A stretch of DNA of 64,000 nucleotides from Smithellaceae bacterium (lineage in GTDB: Bacteria; Desulfobacterota; Syntrophia; Syntrophales; Smithellaceae). Position numbers and translations under genes: made by a program. The notes beneath the pieces are model-generated. The model saw only the letters and a list, made by a program, of their open reading frames with translations, searched no databases and was not told the origin of the DNA. The DNA lies in contig CAXXVL010000002.1 in NCBI GenBank assembly GCA_963667845.2, positions 224,001 to 288,000 on the forward strand. The letters run 5' to 3'. Of this stretch, positions 48,770 to 57,942 are shown one piece after another. The stretch's first letter is position 1. The number at the start of each line of letters is the position of its first letter.

Positions 48770-49207
48770 CTAGTAGTATTTCCCCGTAATATAGTCGCTC
48801 AGCTGGCCAATGAGGAAATCCTTATTGGAAATGATCGACTTAACAACATCGCCGATGGAAATGATGCCGACAAATTTGGTCTTTTCAAAAACAGGCAAAT
48901 GACGCACGTGCTTTCCCGTCATCAACACCATCGCCTCTTCCACGCTGGTATCAGGGGTCACGGAAACCAGATTCGTCGTCATGACTTCTTTCACCAACGT
49001 TTGTTTCGAGGTTTTCCCCAGGAGGATAATTTTCCGGGCATAGTCTCTTTCCGAAATGATACCGACAACCTTTTTCTTCTCCATGACCACCAGAGCGCCG
49101 ATTTCCTTCTCGCTCATCTTCTCCAGCGCTTCATACACCGTCGCCTTAGGGGAGATGGACTCAATTTTTCCACTTTTCGTATTGAGAATATCCCTGACTT
49201 TGCTCAT
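48770..49207 (-). CDS. CBS-pair protein
   Basis: 'IGAL.V', 'GIISERDYARK', 'RHLPV', 'ISIGDVVK'. Confidence 0.93.
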   Translation of the reverse strand: MSKVRDILNTKSGKIESISPKATVYEALEKMSEKEIGALVVMEKKKVVGIISERDYARKIILLGKTSKQTLVKEVMTTNLVSVTPDTSVEEAMVLMTGKHVRHLPVFEKTKFVGIISIGDVVKSIISNKDFLIGQLSDYITGKYY

Positions 49208-49357
49208 AATCGTTCCCTCCTCAGATTTATTTATCATTCTTTATTAATTTAATGCATGTTCTCGTAAAAATAAAGATCAAATTGCACTCGGCTGCTTTTT
49301 TTGATTGGCGCCCGGGACAGATTGGGGGCCAAACAGCTGCCCGCTTTTATCCAACCG

Positions 49358-50029
49358 TCAAGTCCAGAACCAGAGCGACCGTGCGGCAAAATCCCGATAA
49401 GCGGGATAAACGCTCGCCAGTTTATTTTCTTCCATCTTGGATCTGTATAATTGAATCGCCGCAAACAGCAATAATAGAGCTATATTAAGAATTGAAAACC
49501 GTAAGACGGCTACGGCGCAGGTCGTGAGTATTTCCCCCAGATATACGGGGTGCCTGATCAGCCTGTAGGGACCGCCGACGACCAGTTCGCGCGCCTCGAC
49601 GGTAATGCTGAAGGATCGCCTGATCGTCCATAATCCCCAGATCGTTAAACAGGTCGCTGCGGTCATCCAGACAAAAATAATATTCACGAACGTCATGGAA
49701 CTCGTAACCGCGGGATGCGGCTCCGACCAAAGCAGAGCAAAGGGCAGCAAACCTCCGACGAGCGGGATAACAAGTTCCCTGACGCCCTTCGACCGGCTCA
49801 CCGGATCTTTGCGGACAGCGTAACTGATGAGGAAAATCACGAAAATAAGGGTTTCGGCGGCCCAGAGCGGCTTAAACCAATAGCGTTGATAAGACACAAT
49901 CCGCTGAATCAAAAAGATAAGCAAAACGAGCGCGATTGCGCCCCGGATCATAAGATGCAGCGCACGGGGTGAAAAATAGCGTGTGAGCCAATCGAAGGGA
50001 TCAAAATTGTCTATCCACTTTTGAGTCAT
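49358..50029 (-). CDS. Isoprenylcysteine carboxyl methyltransferase (ICMT/PEMT)-family membrane protein
   Basis: 'LV..GPYR.IRHP.YLG', 'EE..L...YP.Y..Y/F'. Confidence 0.85.
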   Translation of the reverse strand: MTQKWIDNFDPFDWLTRYFSPRALHLMIRGAIALVLLIFLIQRIVSYQRYWFKPLWAAETLIFVIFLISYAVRKDPVSRSKGVRELVIPLVGGLLPFALLWSEPHPAVTSSMTFVNIIFVWMTAATCLTIWGLWTIRRSFSITVEARELVVGGPYRLIRHPVYLGEILTTCAVAVLRFSILNIALLLLFAAIQLYRSKMEENKLASVYPAYRDFAARSLWFWT

Positions 50030-50100
50030 GATTTCGTCCTTGACAAGGCTTTCTTTGCTATGCTAGGCAAAAGCCAAATGATCGAGGTTGATTGTATTAG

Positions 50101-50160
50101 ATGATGATAAAGTTTTCCAATAAAAACTGGTGGTGGCAGACGAAATCTGTCTGCCCATAA
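50101..50160 (+). CDS. trpL: Trp leader peptide MMIKFSNKNWWWQTKSVCP
   Basis: 19-codon ORF with three tandem TGG codons upstream of trpB2; too short for the ORF track. Confidence 0.85.
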   Translation: MMIKFSNKNWWWQTKSVCP

Positions 50161-50257
50161 GCTCCTTTAAATCATGAGCATGGGCAGGGAAGCTCCTTCC
50201 CATGACTCGCAACGTATCGAAATGCCGTGGGAAGAAAAAATCCATGGCTTTTTTTTT
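50135..50257 (+). promoter_or_regulatory. Transcription attenuator (alternative hairpins plus intrinsic terminator)
   Basis: Terminator GCCGTGG...CCATGGC followed by T9 (50224-50257); antiterminator CTTCCCATG/CGTGGGAAG. Confidence 0.85.
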
Positions 50258-50333
50258 AGCAGCGACCGCCCCGACACCAGTCATTGGAAAGACAAGAGCA
50301 ACATCCAAATTTCTTATTTAAAGGAGAGCGTAT

Positions 50334-51695
50334 ATGGAACAGGTCAAAACATTTTTAAGTGATCACGAAATACCCAGACAGTGGTACAACATCATGGCGG
50401 ATTTACCCACCCCGATGAGACCGCCGCTGCATCCCGGCACGGGTCAGCCGGTTACGGCCCAGGATCTTGCCGCCATTTTCCCCATGAATATTATCGAGCA
50501 GGAAGTCTCCACCCAGCGATGGATCGATATCCCCGATGAAGTATTGCAGAAATATCTTCTGTGGCGCCCCTCTCCGCTGTATCGCGCGCGCAATTTCGAA
50601 AAGCTGCTCGGCTGCCCGGTCCAGATTTATTATAAAAACGAAGGCGTAAGCCCCGCCGGATCGCATAAACCCAATGCCGCCATTCCGATGGCCTACTACA
50701 ACAAGGTGGCCGGAACCAAGCGCATCACGACGGAAACGGGCGCAGGCCAGTGGGGTTCGGCTCTGTCTATGGCCTGCCAGATGTTCGGTCTGATCTGCCG
50801 CGTCTATATGGTCAAGGTCAGCTATGAGCAGAAGCCCTACCGCCGTATGATGATGAATACCTGGGGCGCGGAATGCATTCCGAGCCCGAGTAATCTGACC
50901 CAGGCCGGCCGCAACGTTTTGGCCGAGCATCCCGATTCCCCCGGTTCCCTGGGGATCGCCATCAGCGAAGCCATCGAAGACTGCGTTACCAGCAAGGATA
51001 CAAAATATTCGTTGGGCAGCGTTCTGAATCACGTGCTGCTGTATCAGTCGATCATCGGATTGGAAGCGCAAAAGCAGATGGAGAAACTCGGCCTTTATCC
51101 CGATGTCGTCATGGGCTGCTGCGGTGGCGGCAGTAACTTTGCCGGGATCGCTTCGCCGTTCGTCTGCGATAAAATCCACGGCAAAAAGGTCAAGATCGTC
51201 GGCGCGGAGCCCTCGTCCTGCCCCACTATGACCAAAGGCCCCTTCGCCTACGACTTCGGCGATCTGGCAAAGACCACGCCGCTGCTTCCGATGTACACCC
51301 TGGGTCATGATTATGTTCCCGCGCCGATTCACGCCGGCGGCCTGCGCTATCACGGCATGGCGCCGATCGTCAGCCATCTGGTCCACGAAAAAATCGTTGA
51401 ACCCCGGGCCTACGACCAGTTAAAGACCTTTGATGCCGGCGTCAAATGGGCGCGGACGGAGGGCTTTATCCCCGCACCGGAAACCAACCACGTTCTCGCG
51501 GCGGTCGTCGATGAGGCCACGCGCGCCAAAGAGGAAGGCAAGGAAAAGATCATCCTCTTTAACTGGAGCGGACACGGTCTGGTGGATCTCGCCGCCTACG
51601 ACGCCTATCTGACCGGCAAGTTACAGGCCTACGAATTGCCCGATCATGAAATTGACCGTGCGTTAAACGCCATTAAGGATTTCCCAAAACCTTAG
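50334..51695 (+). CDS. trpB: Tryptophan synthase beta chain type 2 (TrpB2)
   Basis: 'SPAGSHKPN' (PLP Lys), 'TETGAGQWG', 'GGGSNF', 'IHAGGLRYHG', 'SGHG'. Confidence 0.95.
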   Translation: MEQVKTFLSDHEIPRQWYNIMADLPTPMRPPLHPGTGQPVTAQDLAAIFPMNIIEQEVSTQRWIDIPDEVLQKYLLWRPSPLYRARNFEKLLGCPVQIYYKNEGVSPAGSHKPNAAIPMAYYNKVAGTKRITTETGAGQWGSALSMACQMFGLICRVYMVKVSYEQKPYRRMMMNTWGAECIPSPSNLTQAGRNVLAEHPDSPGSLGIAISEAIEDCVTSKDTKYSLGSVLNHVLLYQSIIGLEAQKQMEKLGLYPDVVMGCCGGGSNFAGIASPFVCDKIHGKKVKIVGAEPSSCPTMTKGPFAYDFGDLAKTTPLLPMYTLGHDYVPAPIHAGGLRYHGMAPIVSHLVHEKIVEPRAYDQLKTFDAGVKWARTEGFIPAPETNHVLAAVVDEATRAKEEGKEKIILFNWSGHGLVDLAAYDAYLTGKLQAYELPDHEIDRALNAIKDFPKP

Positions 51696-51840
51696 TGCAA
51701 AATGTACTGACCCGCTGCGCGGGATAATTCGGACCTGGGAGCGAAAGTGCACTGCATTTCCGAAGCTCTGGTCTCATTGAAAAGCCGTCTTGAATAAATT
51801 TCTTGACGGCTTTTCATTTTTTCGCCAAGCTGATCCGCAA

Positions 51841-52098
51841 ATGAAGACACCACACGATCATAAGCTTGCCCGCTGCCCGAAACTGGGTGATGAAATGACG
51901 TTTGCCTATTGCCGTGAGGAAGCGGGTCATCTTCCCTGTGCGCGCATCATAGACTGCTGGCAGGGGGCCTTTGATGTTGCGGCACTGCTCAAAGAAAATT
52001 TATCGCCGGACCAATGGGAGCGGTTCTCCTATACGGCACCTAAGGACAAGGTCATAAGTTTGATCGAAATGATTGAGAAAGCGAAGAGACAACTATGA
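51841..52098 (+). CDS. Small Cys-motif hypothetical protein
   Basis: 'CPKLG....F.YCR.....LPC..I.DCW'; stop overlaps the rarA start (ATGA). Confidence 0.75.
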   Translation: MKTPHDHKLARCPKLGDEMTFAYCREEAGHLPCARIIDCWQGAFDVAALLKENLSPDQWERFSYTAPKDKVISLIEMIEKAKRQL

Positions 52099-53456
52099 AG
52101 AATCTGGATTTATTCAGTCTGGGGACCGAAAGTGACGCCTTGGACACTGCACCGCTTGCCGAACGGATGAGACCCCAGAAACTGGCCGACTACATCGGTC
52201 AGCCGCATCTCATAGGCGATGGGACATTGCTTCGCCGTGCCATTGCCGAAGATAAGCTTTTCTCGATGATTTTCTGGGGGCCGCCCGGCTCAGGCAAGAC
52301 AACTCTGGCGCGCATTTTGGCCAATGAGACGAAATCCAATTTCGTCAGTTTTTCGGCAGTCCTCTCCGGTGTCAAGGAAATCCGCTCCGTCATTGATGAA
52401 GCGAAAGAAACCTGGGAAGGAAAAAAACAGAAGACCATCCTCTTTGTCGATGAAATCCACCGCTTCAACAAAGCCCAGCAGGATGCCTTTCTGCCGCACG
52501 TGGAAAGCGGACTCATTACCCTGATCGGTGCAACGACGGAGAATCCGTCTTTTGAGGTGATTGCACCGCTGCTTTCGCGGACGCGCGTCCTCCTACTCAA
52601 ACAGTTTACAGAAGAAGATCTCCTGGCGATCCTGAAGCGCGCGCTTGCCGATGAACACAGGGGTCTGGGAAAAACGGCCGTCAAAGCGGATGACGAAGCG
52701 ATTCGTTTCATCGTTCGGCTCTCCGACGGCGATGCCCGCACGGCGCTCAACAACCTTGAAGCCATCGCCTCCATGATCCGGAGTTTGCCGGAGGAAGAAA
52801 GAATCATTTCGGCTAAGTCCGCCGAAGAAGCCCTGATGAAGAAAGCTCTGCTCTACGATAAAGACGGCGAAGAGCATTACAACCTGATCTCGGCATTTCA
52901 CAAAAGTATGCGCGGCAGCGACCCCGATGCGACACTTTACTGGCTCGGGAGGATGCTTATCGCCGGCGAAGACCCTCTTTACATCCTCAGGCGCATGGTG
53001 CGTTTTGCGTCCGAAGATATCGGTAATGCCGATCCCCACGCCCTGTTACTCACCATGGCCGCCCAGCAGGCATTTCATTTTATCGGCCTGCCGGAAGGTG
53101 AGCTGGCGCTCGCCCAGGCAGCTGTCTATCTGGCGACGGCCCCTAAGAGCAACGCGCTCTATACGGGTTACGGCCAGGTAAAGGAATTAATTAACAAAAC
53201 AGGATATTTGCCTGTACCGCTGCACATCCGCAACGCGCCGACCAAACTCATGAAGGCATTGGATTACGGTAAAGACTACAAATATGCGCACGATTATCCG
53301 GAGGCTTACATTCCCCAGGAGTATCTGCCGGAAAAGATTACAGGGAAGGTGCTGTATCAACCGACGGATGCCGGATTTGAAAAGACCATCCGGGAAAGGC
53401 TTAATGCCTGGCGACGTCTGAAGAAAGATGCGAAAGAAAAAGTACCCAAAAAATGA
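52095..53456 (+). CDS. rarA: Replication-associated recombination protein A (MgsA)
   Basis: 'PLAERMRP', GPPGSGKTT, 'DEIHRFNK', 'SAFHKSMRGSD'. Confidence 0.97.
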   Translation: MKNLDLFSLGTESDALDTAPLAERMRPQKLADYIGQPHLIGDGTLLRRAIAEDKLFSMIFWGPPGSGKTTLARILANETKSNFVSFSAVLSGVKEIRSVIDEAKETWEGKKQKTILFVDEIHRFNKAQQDAFLPHVESGLITLIGATTENPSFEVIAPLLSRTRVLLLKQFTEEDLLAILKRALADEHRGLGKTAVKADDEAIRFIVRLSDGDARTALNNLEAIASMIRSLPEEERIISAKSAEEALMKKALLYDKDGEEHYNLISAFHKSMRGSDPDATLYWLGRMLIAGEDPLYILRRMVRFASEDIGNADPHALLLTMAAQQAFHFIGLPEGELALAQAAVYLATAPKSNALYTGYGQVKELINKTGYLPVPLHIRNAPTKLMKALDYGKDYKYAHDYPEAYIPQEYLPEKITGKVLYQPTDAGFEKTIRERLNAWRRLKKDAKEKVPKK

Positions 53457-53584
53457 CAAAAAAATGGGAGGCTTGGTTAGGGCCTCCCTAGGAGAGAAGA
53501 GTGAAGGCTCGTGCCTTCATGGGTTAATTTTGCTGTCGGCTAATCATGCCCGTAATTTTTTTAGTCGACACAAACTAACTTCGT
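53457..53584 (-). ncRNA. Predicted sigma54-dependent small RNA (~128 nt, three stem-loops)
   Basis: Lies between a -24/-12 promoter and a minus-strand intrinsic terminator; no RBS-led ORF; SL1 53523-53579, SL2 53502-53519, SL3 53466-53488. Confidence 0.75.
53458..53488 (-). terminator. Intrinsic terminator of the predicted sRNA
   Basis: Minus strand GGGAGGC-CCTAACCAA-GCCTCCC-A-TTTTTTT. Confidence 0.85.
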
Positions 53585-53594
53585 TTTTCTTTAA

Positions 53595-53611
53595 AGCATT
53601 CTTTATGCCAA
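53595..53611 (-). promoter_or_regulatory. sigma54 -24/-12 promoter
   Basis: Minus strand TTGGCATAAAGAATGCT (GG-N10-GC). Confidence 0.8.
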
Positions 53612-53628
53612 TTTTCCCGCTATAGTTG

Positions 53629-53641
53629 TAAGTAATTGATA
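53629..53641 (-). promoter_or_regulatory. IHF binding site
   Basis: TATCAATTACTTA matches WATCAANNNNTTR exactly, with an AT-rich flank. Confidence 0.75.
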
Positions 53642-53697
53642 TAATAAATTATTATAAAAAAACCCGTCCGATCAATTGGGGATGAGGAGAATGAGTA

Positions 53698-53802
53698 TCG
53701 GCAAGAATTGTCGGATTTTTCAGGGCATTTTCAAATAAACCGAATAATTACAGTAATATGAATAAATGCCAACCTTTGCCACTCACTCGACAATAATGTC
53801 GA
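53698..53802. promoter_or_regulatory. Candidate enhancer (UAS) palindromes for the sigma54 activator
   Basis: TCGGCAAGAATTGTCGG (53698-53714), TGCCAACCTTTGCCA (53767-53781), TCGACAATAATGTCGA (53787-53802). Confidence 0.55.
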
Positions 53803-53912
53803 AGCCCGCCTATTTATCGTTGACATTTCCCATGAATAGCTTAAGATGACCCCCAAAACAGAAAATATTCGTTCCAAAATGTCCTGTTGAATTTCAGTAA
53901 GATGAGGATATT

Positions 53913-55697
53913 ATGAATTTTTTTCGGAAAAAAGAGACCATTGTCAGGCGAGCTTCTCATACCTATAACGGCAGTTTTCTACAGCCGCTGGCCGTGGCTA
54001 TTGTTTCGGCAATTCTGGTTGCTCTGATTCTGATCATGGGTTTCCTGGACGTCCGTCGCAGTGAGTCCAACCTGGTGGGCTTTATGGAAGACCAGGCCTT
54101 CTCCACCATCAGTGTTTTGCAGCGTCTGACTGAAGACAATCTTAAGAGTATCGTGGCTGTGCCGGGGAAAGTGCCGGCCCAAACAAAGACAGCACGCCAG
54201 GACGAAGCGGATTATTCCAAAAAGCTGGTCCTCGAAGCCATCACGGCCCTGGGGCAGAAAATTGACGAACAGTGGAGAAAGAAATCGATCGACAATGCCT
54301 ACCTGAAAAAATTCGCCGCTGAACATCACTTTTGGTATGTAGCCGTCCTCGATCGGTCCGGAAACGCCGTATACCAGAGTCGGGCTTTAAAGGCCGACTT
54401 GCGCAATGCGGAAGATCTGAAATCCGGCGATCAAAAGGCAACAACCATGGATTTGCTGGAAAGGATCCGTGAGAAACGGGGCATCGGATTTGTGGCACTC
54501 AGACGCAAAGACAGCAGCGGCACGGTCGTGATCAACCTCGATAAAGAAGGACTGATTTACTGGAGCATGAAAGTCGCCGTGGACCGCGGCATCAATAAAA
54601 TGGGCGAAGGCCACGGTATCACTTACCTGCAGGTTTTTAACAGCAAAGGGCAACTGCTCAGCGTAACGGGAAAGCTGCCGGCAGGTTTAAAGGATCAGGA
54701 TTTTAACCACCGTCAGATCATGTCCGGGAAGAACAGAATTTACAGCAAAAAATTGGATGCGAAAGACGGCAAGATTCTGGATATGGCGGCGCCTTTTACA
54801 CTGGATAAGAAAGTGGTCGGCATTGTCCGCATCGGTCTCGAACGCGGTTCGATGGATAAGATCATCGCTGAAAACCAGCAGAATATAGCGATTTTCCTGT
54901 CTCTGGTCGTCATCATTGCTCTTCTGTCCATGTGGCTGCTCTATCATGATCAAAACCGCCATCTGGCCGGAATCATCGAAATGGAGCGCCGCCTGGAAAA
55001 GGCTGAACGCCTTTCTTCTCTTGGACAACTCGCCGCGGGCGTCGCCCACGAAATCCGCAACCCGCTCAATGCAATCAGCATGGCGACGCAGAGGTTAAAA
55101 AGGGATTTCAGCCCGTCCGATGAAATAAAATCGCGTGAATTTCAAAACCTGTCCAGCGTGATTCGGGATGAAATAAGAAGGCTCAACGGAATTATTGAAG
55201 AGTTTCTCTCCTTCTCGAAAAGCAGGCGCCTCGAACTGCGCGATTTTTCCGTGACGGAAGTCCTTCAGAAAATTGTCAGCCTGATGTCCGAAGAAGCCGG
55301 AACGCGGGGTATAACGCTTGAAACGAAGTGGCGGCTGAGTCCGGCCGTTATTCCCATGGATATTAATAAACTTCAACAGGCCTTTCTGAATTTCATTAAA
55401 AACGCGATGGAGTCCATTGACGGGAAGGGGACCATCACGATCGCGGTCGATAAAGAAGGCAAAAACTATATCGTCGTGAGCATCTCGGATACAGGCTGCG
55501 GCATGACGGCTGAAGAAATCGAAAAAATATTCAGCCCGGAATACACGACCAAGGAAAAAGGACTGGGGCTGGGCATTCCTCTGGCCACCGAAATTGTCCG
55601 CGGTCATGGCGGCGATATCCGTGTCATCAGCCGGCGGGGAGAGGGAACCACATTTGAAATCATCCTGCCGCGAGAAAAAATAAGCGAAAAAACCTGA
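53913..55697 (+). CDS. Membrane sensor histidine kinase (ZraS/AtoS-like)
   Basis: Two TM helices with a periplasmic domain; 'GVAHEIRNPL', 'DTGCG', 'GLGLG'. Confidence 0.95.
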   Translation: MNFFRKKETIVRRASHTYNGSFLQPLAVAIVSAILVALILIMGFLDVRRSESNLVGFMEDQAFSTISVLQRLTEDNLKSIVAVPGKVPAQTKTARQDEADYSKKLVLEAITALGQKIDEQWRKKSIDNAYLKKFAAEHHFWYVAVLDRSGNAVYQSRALKADLRNAEDLKSGDQKATTMDLLERIREKRGIGFVALRRKDSSGTVVINLDKEGLIYWSMKVAVDRGINKMGEGHGITYLQVFNSKGQLLSVTGKLPAGLKDQDFNHRQIMSGKNRIYSKKLDAKDGKILDMAAPFTLDKKVVGIVRIGLERGSMDKIIAENQQNIAIFLSLVVIIALLSMWLLYHDQNRHLAGIIEMERRLEKAERLSSLGQLAAGVAHEIRNPLNAISMATQRLKRDFSPSDEIKSREFQNLSSVIRDEIRRLNGIIEEFLSFSKSRRLELRDFSVTEVLQKIVSLMSEEAGTRGITLETKWRLSPAVIPMDINKLQQAFLNFIKNAMESIDGKGTITIAVDKEGKNYIVVSISDTGCGMTAEEIEKIFSPEYTTKEKGLGLGIPLATEIVRGHGGDIRVISRRGEGTTFEIILPREKISEKT

Positions 55698-55713
55698 ACA
55701 CCATGGACGAGAG

Positions 55714-57078
55714 ATGATGCGAAAATTAAGTATTCTGATCGTAGAAGACGGCCGTTCTCAACGGGAAATGCTGCGCGATTTTCTGATTTCCGAGGGTCAC
55801 AAAGTCATGGAGGCGGACAATGGCGAAGCGGCGATTAAAACGGTTTCGCAGAACCATTTTGATCTGATTCTGCTGGACTACAAGATGCCCGGGATGGACG
55901 GTCTGGAGGTCCTGAAAGAAGTCAAGAAGATCAACCACGAAATCGATGTCGTCATCATCACCGCTTACGGTACGATTGAAACCGCCGTGGAAGCGATCAA
56001 AGTCGGGGCCATCGACTACATTACGAAGCCGGTGGAACTCGAGGAGCTGCTCATTCTGGTGGACCGTGTGGCGGAGCGGCGCGGGCTGATTCGAGAAAAT
56101 GAACTTTTGAAACAGGAGCTGGGCAAACAGGGCATCAGCGCCGAGAAGATCATTTATAAAAGTCCTCAAATGGTGGAATTGATCAACATGGCCAGCCGCA
56201 TTGCCTCCAGCCGGGCATCCGTTTTGATCCAGGGTGAAAGCGGCACCGGGAAGGAACTTCTGGCGCGCCTGATTCATCAACTGAGTCCGCGGGTCAACAA
56301 ACCGATCGTCGTCGTCAATTGCGGCGCCTTGCAGGAAAGTCTCCTGGAGAGCGAACTCTTCGGCCATGAAAAAGGCGCTTACACCGGAGCCGCGTCCCGC
56401 CGGATCGGCCGGATCGAGGAAGCGGATGGCGGCACATTGTTTCTTGACGAAATCGGCGAGCTCAGTCCGGCCATTCAGGTCAAACTGCTCAGGTTCCTGC
56501 AGGAGCGGGAATTTTCCCGACTGGGCAGCAACGCCAGCATCTCCGTGGATGTCAGAATCATCAGCGCAACCAATCGCGATCTGGAAACGAGGGTCAAGGA
56601 AGGCGCCTTCCGCGAAGATCTCTTTTACCGGCTGAAAGTAGTGACTATGTCGCTCCCTCCGCTTAGGGAAAGAAAAGAAGACCTGCCCGCCCTGATCGAC
56701 CATTACCTCGAAAAGTTCGTCAGAGAAAATGGAAAAGCGATCCGCGGCATCACTGCGGAAGCACGGGATCTGCTCCTGAAATATGACTATCCGGGCAACG
56801 TGCGCGAGCTCGTCAACATCATGGAGCGGGCCGTCGTCATCGCCCGCGACGACTATATCACCGTGGCCGACCTGCCCTTTAAAAGCGACGCCGGCGTCAA
56901 TTCGCCGGATAAGAAGCCGTCCGGATCACTTCGGGATTCTCTTGAAGAGCTCGAAAAACGTCTGATCGGCGAGGCCATGACCAAAGCGGCGGACAACCAG
57001 ACCAAAGCGGCGGACCTGCTCGGCATGTCGGAGCGAATGCTGAGATATAAATTAAAGAAATACGAACTGAAGAATTGA
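55714..57078 (+). CDS. sigma54-dependent NtrC-family response regulator
   Basis: Receiver, GESGTGKE, 'ESELFGHEKGAYTGA', 'PGNVREL', Fis-type HTH. Confidence 0.97.
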   Translation: MMRKLSILIVEDGRSQREMLRDFLISEGHKVMEADNGEAAIKTVSQNHFDLILLDYKMPGMDGLEVLKEVKKINHEIDVVIITAYGTIETAVEAIKVGAIDYITKPVELEELLILVDRVAERRGLIRENELLKQELGKQGISAEKIIYKSPQMVELINMASRIASSRASVLIQGESGTGKELLARLIHQLSPRVNKPIVVVNCGALQESLLESELFGHEKGAYTGAASRRIGRIEEADGGTLFLDEIGELSPAIQVKLLRFLQEREFSRLGSNASISVDVRIISATNRDLETRVKEGAFREDLFYRLKVVTMSLPPLRERKEDLPALIDHYLEKFVRENGKAIRGITAEARDLLLKYDYPGNVRELVNIMERAVVIARDDYITVADLPFKSDAGVNSPDKKPSGSLRDSLEELEKRLIGEAMTKAADNQTKAADLLGMSERMLRYKLKKYELKN

Positions 57079-57450
57079 GACAGGGCTGTTGAAAAGAGTC
57101 CGTCTCCTGAAGGGCACGCTCCGCTGCTTTCCTTCGCATTCGGGATTGCGGCGTTTTCACAAATACGCCTCATTCCTCAGAGCAGTGAGATACGAGCCCG
57201 CAGGGATGATTCTTCTTTACCCGTACGCGGCATCAATTGACTTGCCTATCGTCTTGTTCATTGATTCAAGATTGCAATGTGCGCAGACTCGATCGCGCAT
57301 CATCGCCATGCCTGCGCTATTCCCAGCTCTGAAAGTGTTCGTTGAAGAATCCTGAAGATTATGCAACAACATCGCTCAGGCAAGTCAATCATCGAGCCTG
57401 CTCGATCTTGATTCGTGGCAAGGACGAATAAACGAAACGGAGAATCCCTT

Positions 57451-57807
57451 ATGAAGAAATTATCAGGAATAGTGCTGTTCGCCGTGTTGATTTTCTATTG
57501 CCATTCTGCGTTCGCCTTGAGCGGAAGCGATCTGGCCGATGGAATGAAAGCTTATTTGAAGGCGGAAAAAGATTACACGAAGTCAGACTATTTATTGGCC
57601 GGAAATTATATGGGGTATGTTGAAGGCGTCGCCGAAGCGACCCTTGCCGATTATTCTCTGCCAGGCACAGTCACGCCGGACATATTGTTTCGCATCGTTG
57701 CTGATTTTCTGGGAAAACATCCGGAAAGATGGAATGAACCCGCCGTTAATCTTGTTCGCAAAGCCCTGCAGGAAGCTTATCCAAAATATCTGATCAGAAA
57801 TAAATGA
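57451..57807 (+). CDS. Secreted Rap1a/Tai4-like immunity-fold protein
   Basis: Signal peptide; 'SG.DL', 'GYVEGV', 'P..VT.....IV..FL..HPE....PA..LV..AL..AYP'. Confidence 0.7.
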   Translation: MKKLSGIVLFAVLIFYCHSAFALSGSDLADGMKAYLKAEKDYTKSDYLLAGNYMGYVEGVAEATLADYSLPGTVTPDILFRIVADFLGKHPERWNEPAVNLVRKALQEAYPKYLIRNK

Positions 57808-57942
57808 AACCCTCCGGATGCACAAAGCCGTGCTCTTGCCGGCAGATCTTCTTCTAGTCGCACGCTTTGTAACGGCTGACTGACCCGTTGCGCACGAGCG
57901 TGAGCTTCCACCTCTCACTGTTCAAAAGGGAACAGCATGAAT

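Noticed and set aside
53428..53625. 65-aa + strand ORF over the predicted sRNA
   Set aside because: It overlaps the rarA end, has no RBS or motif, and the promoter and terminator both point the other way.
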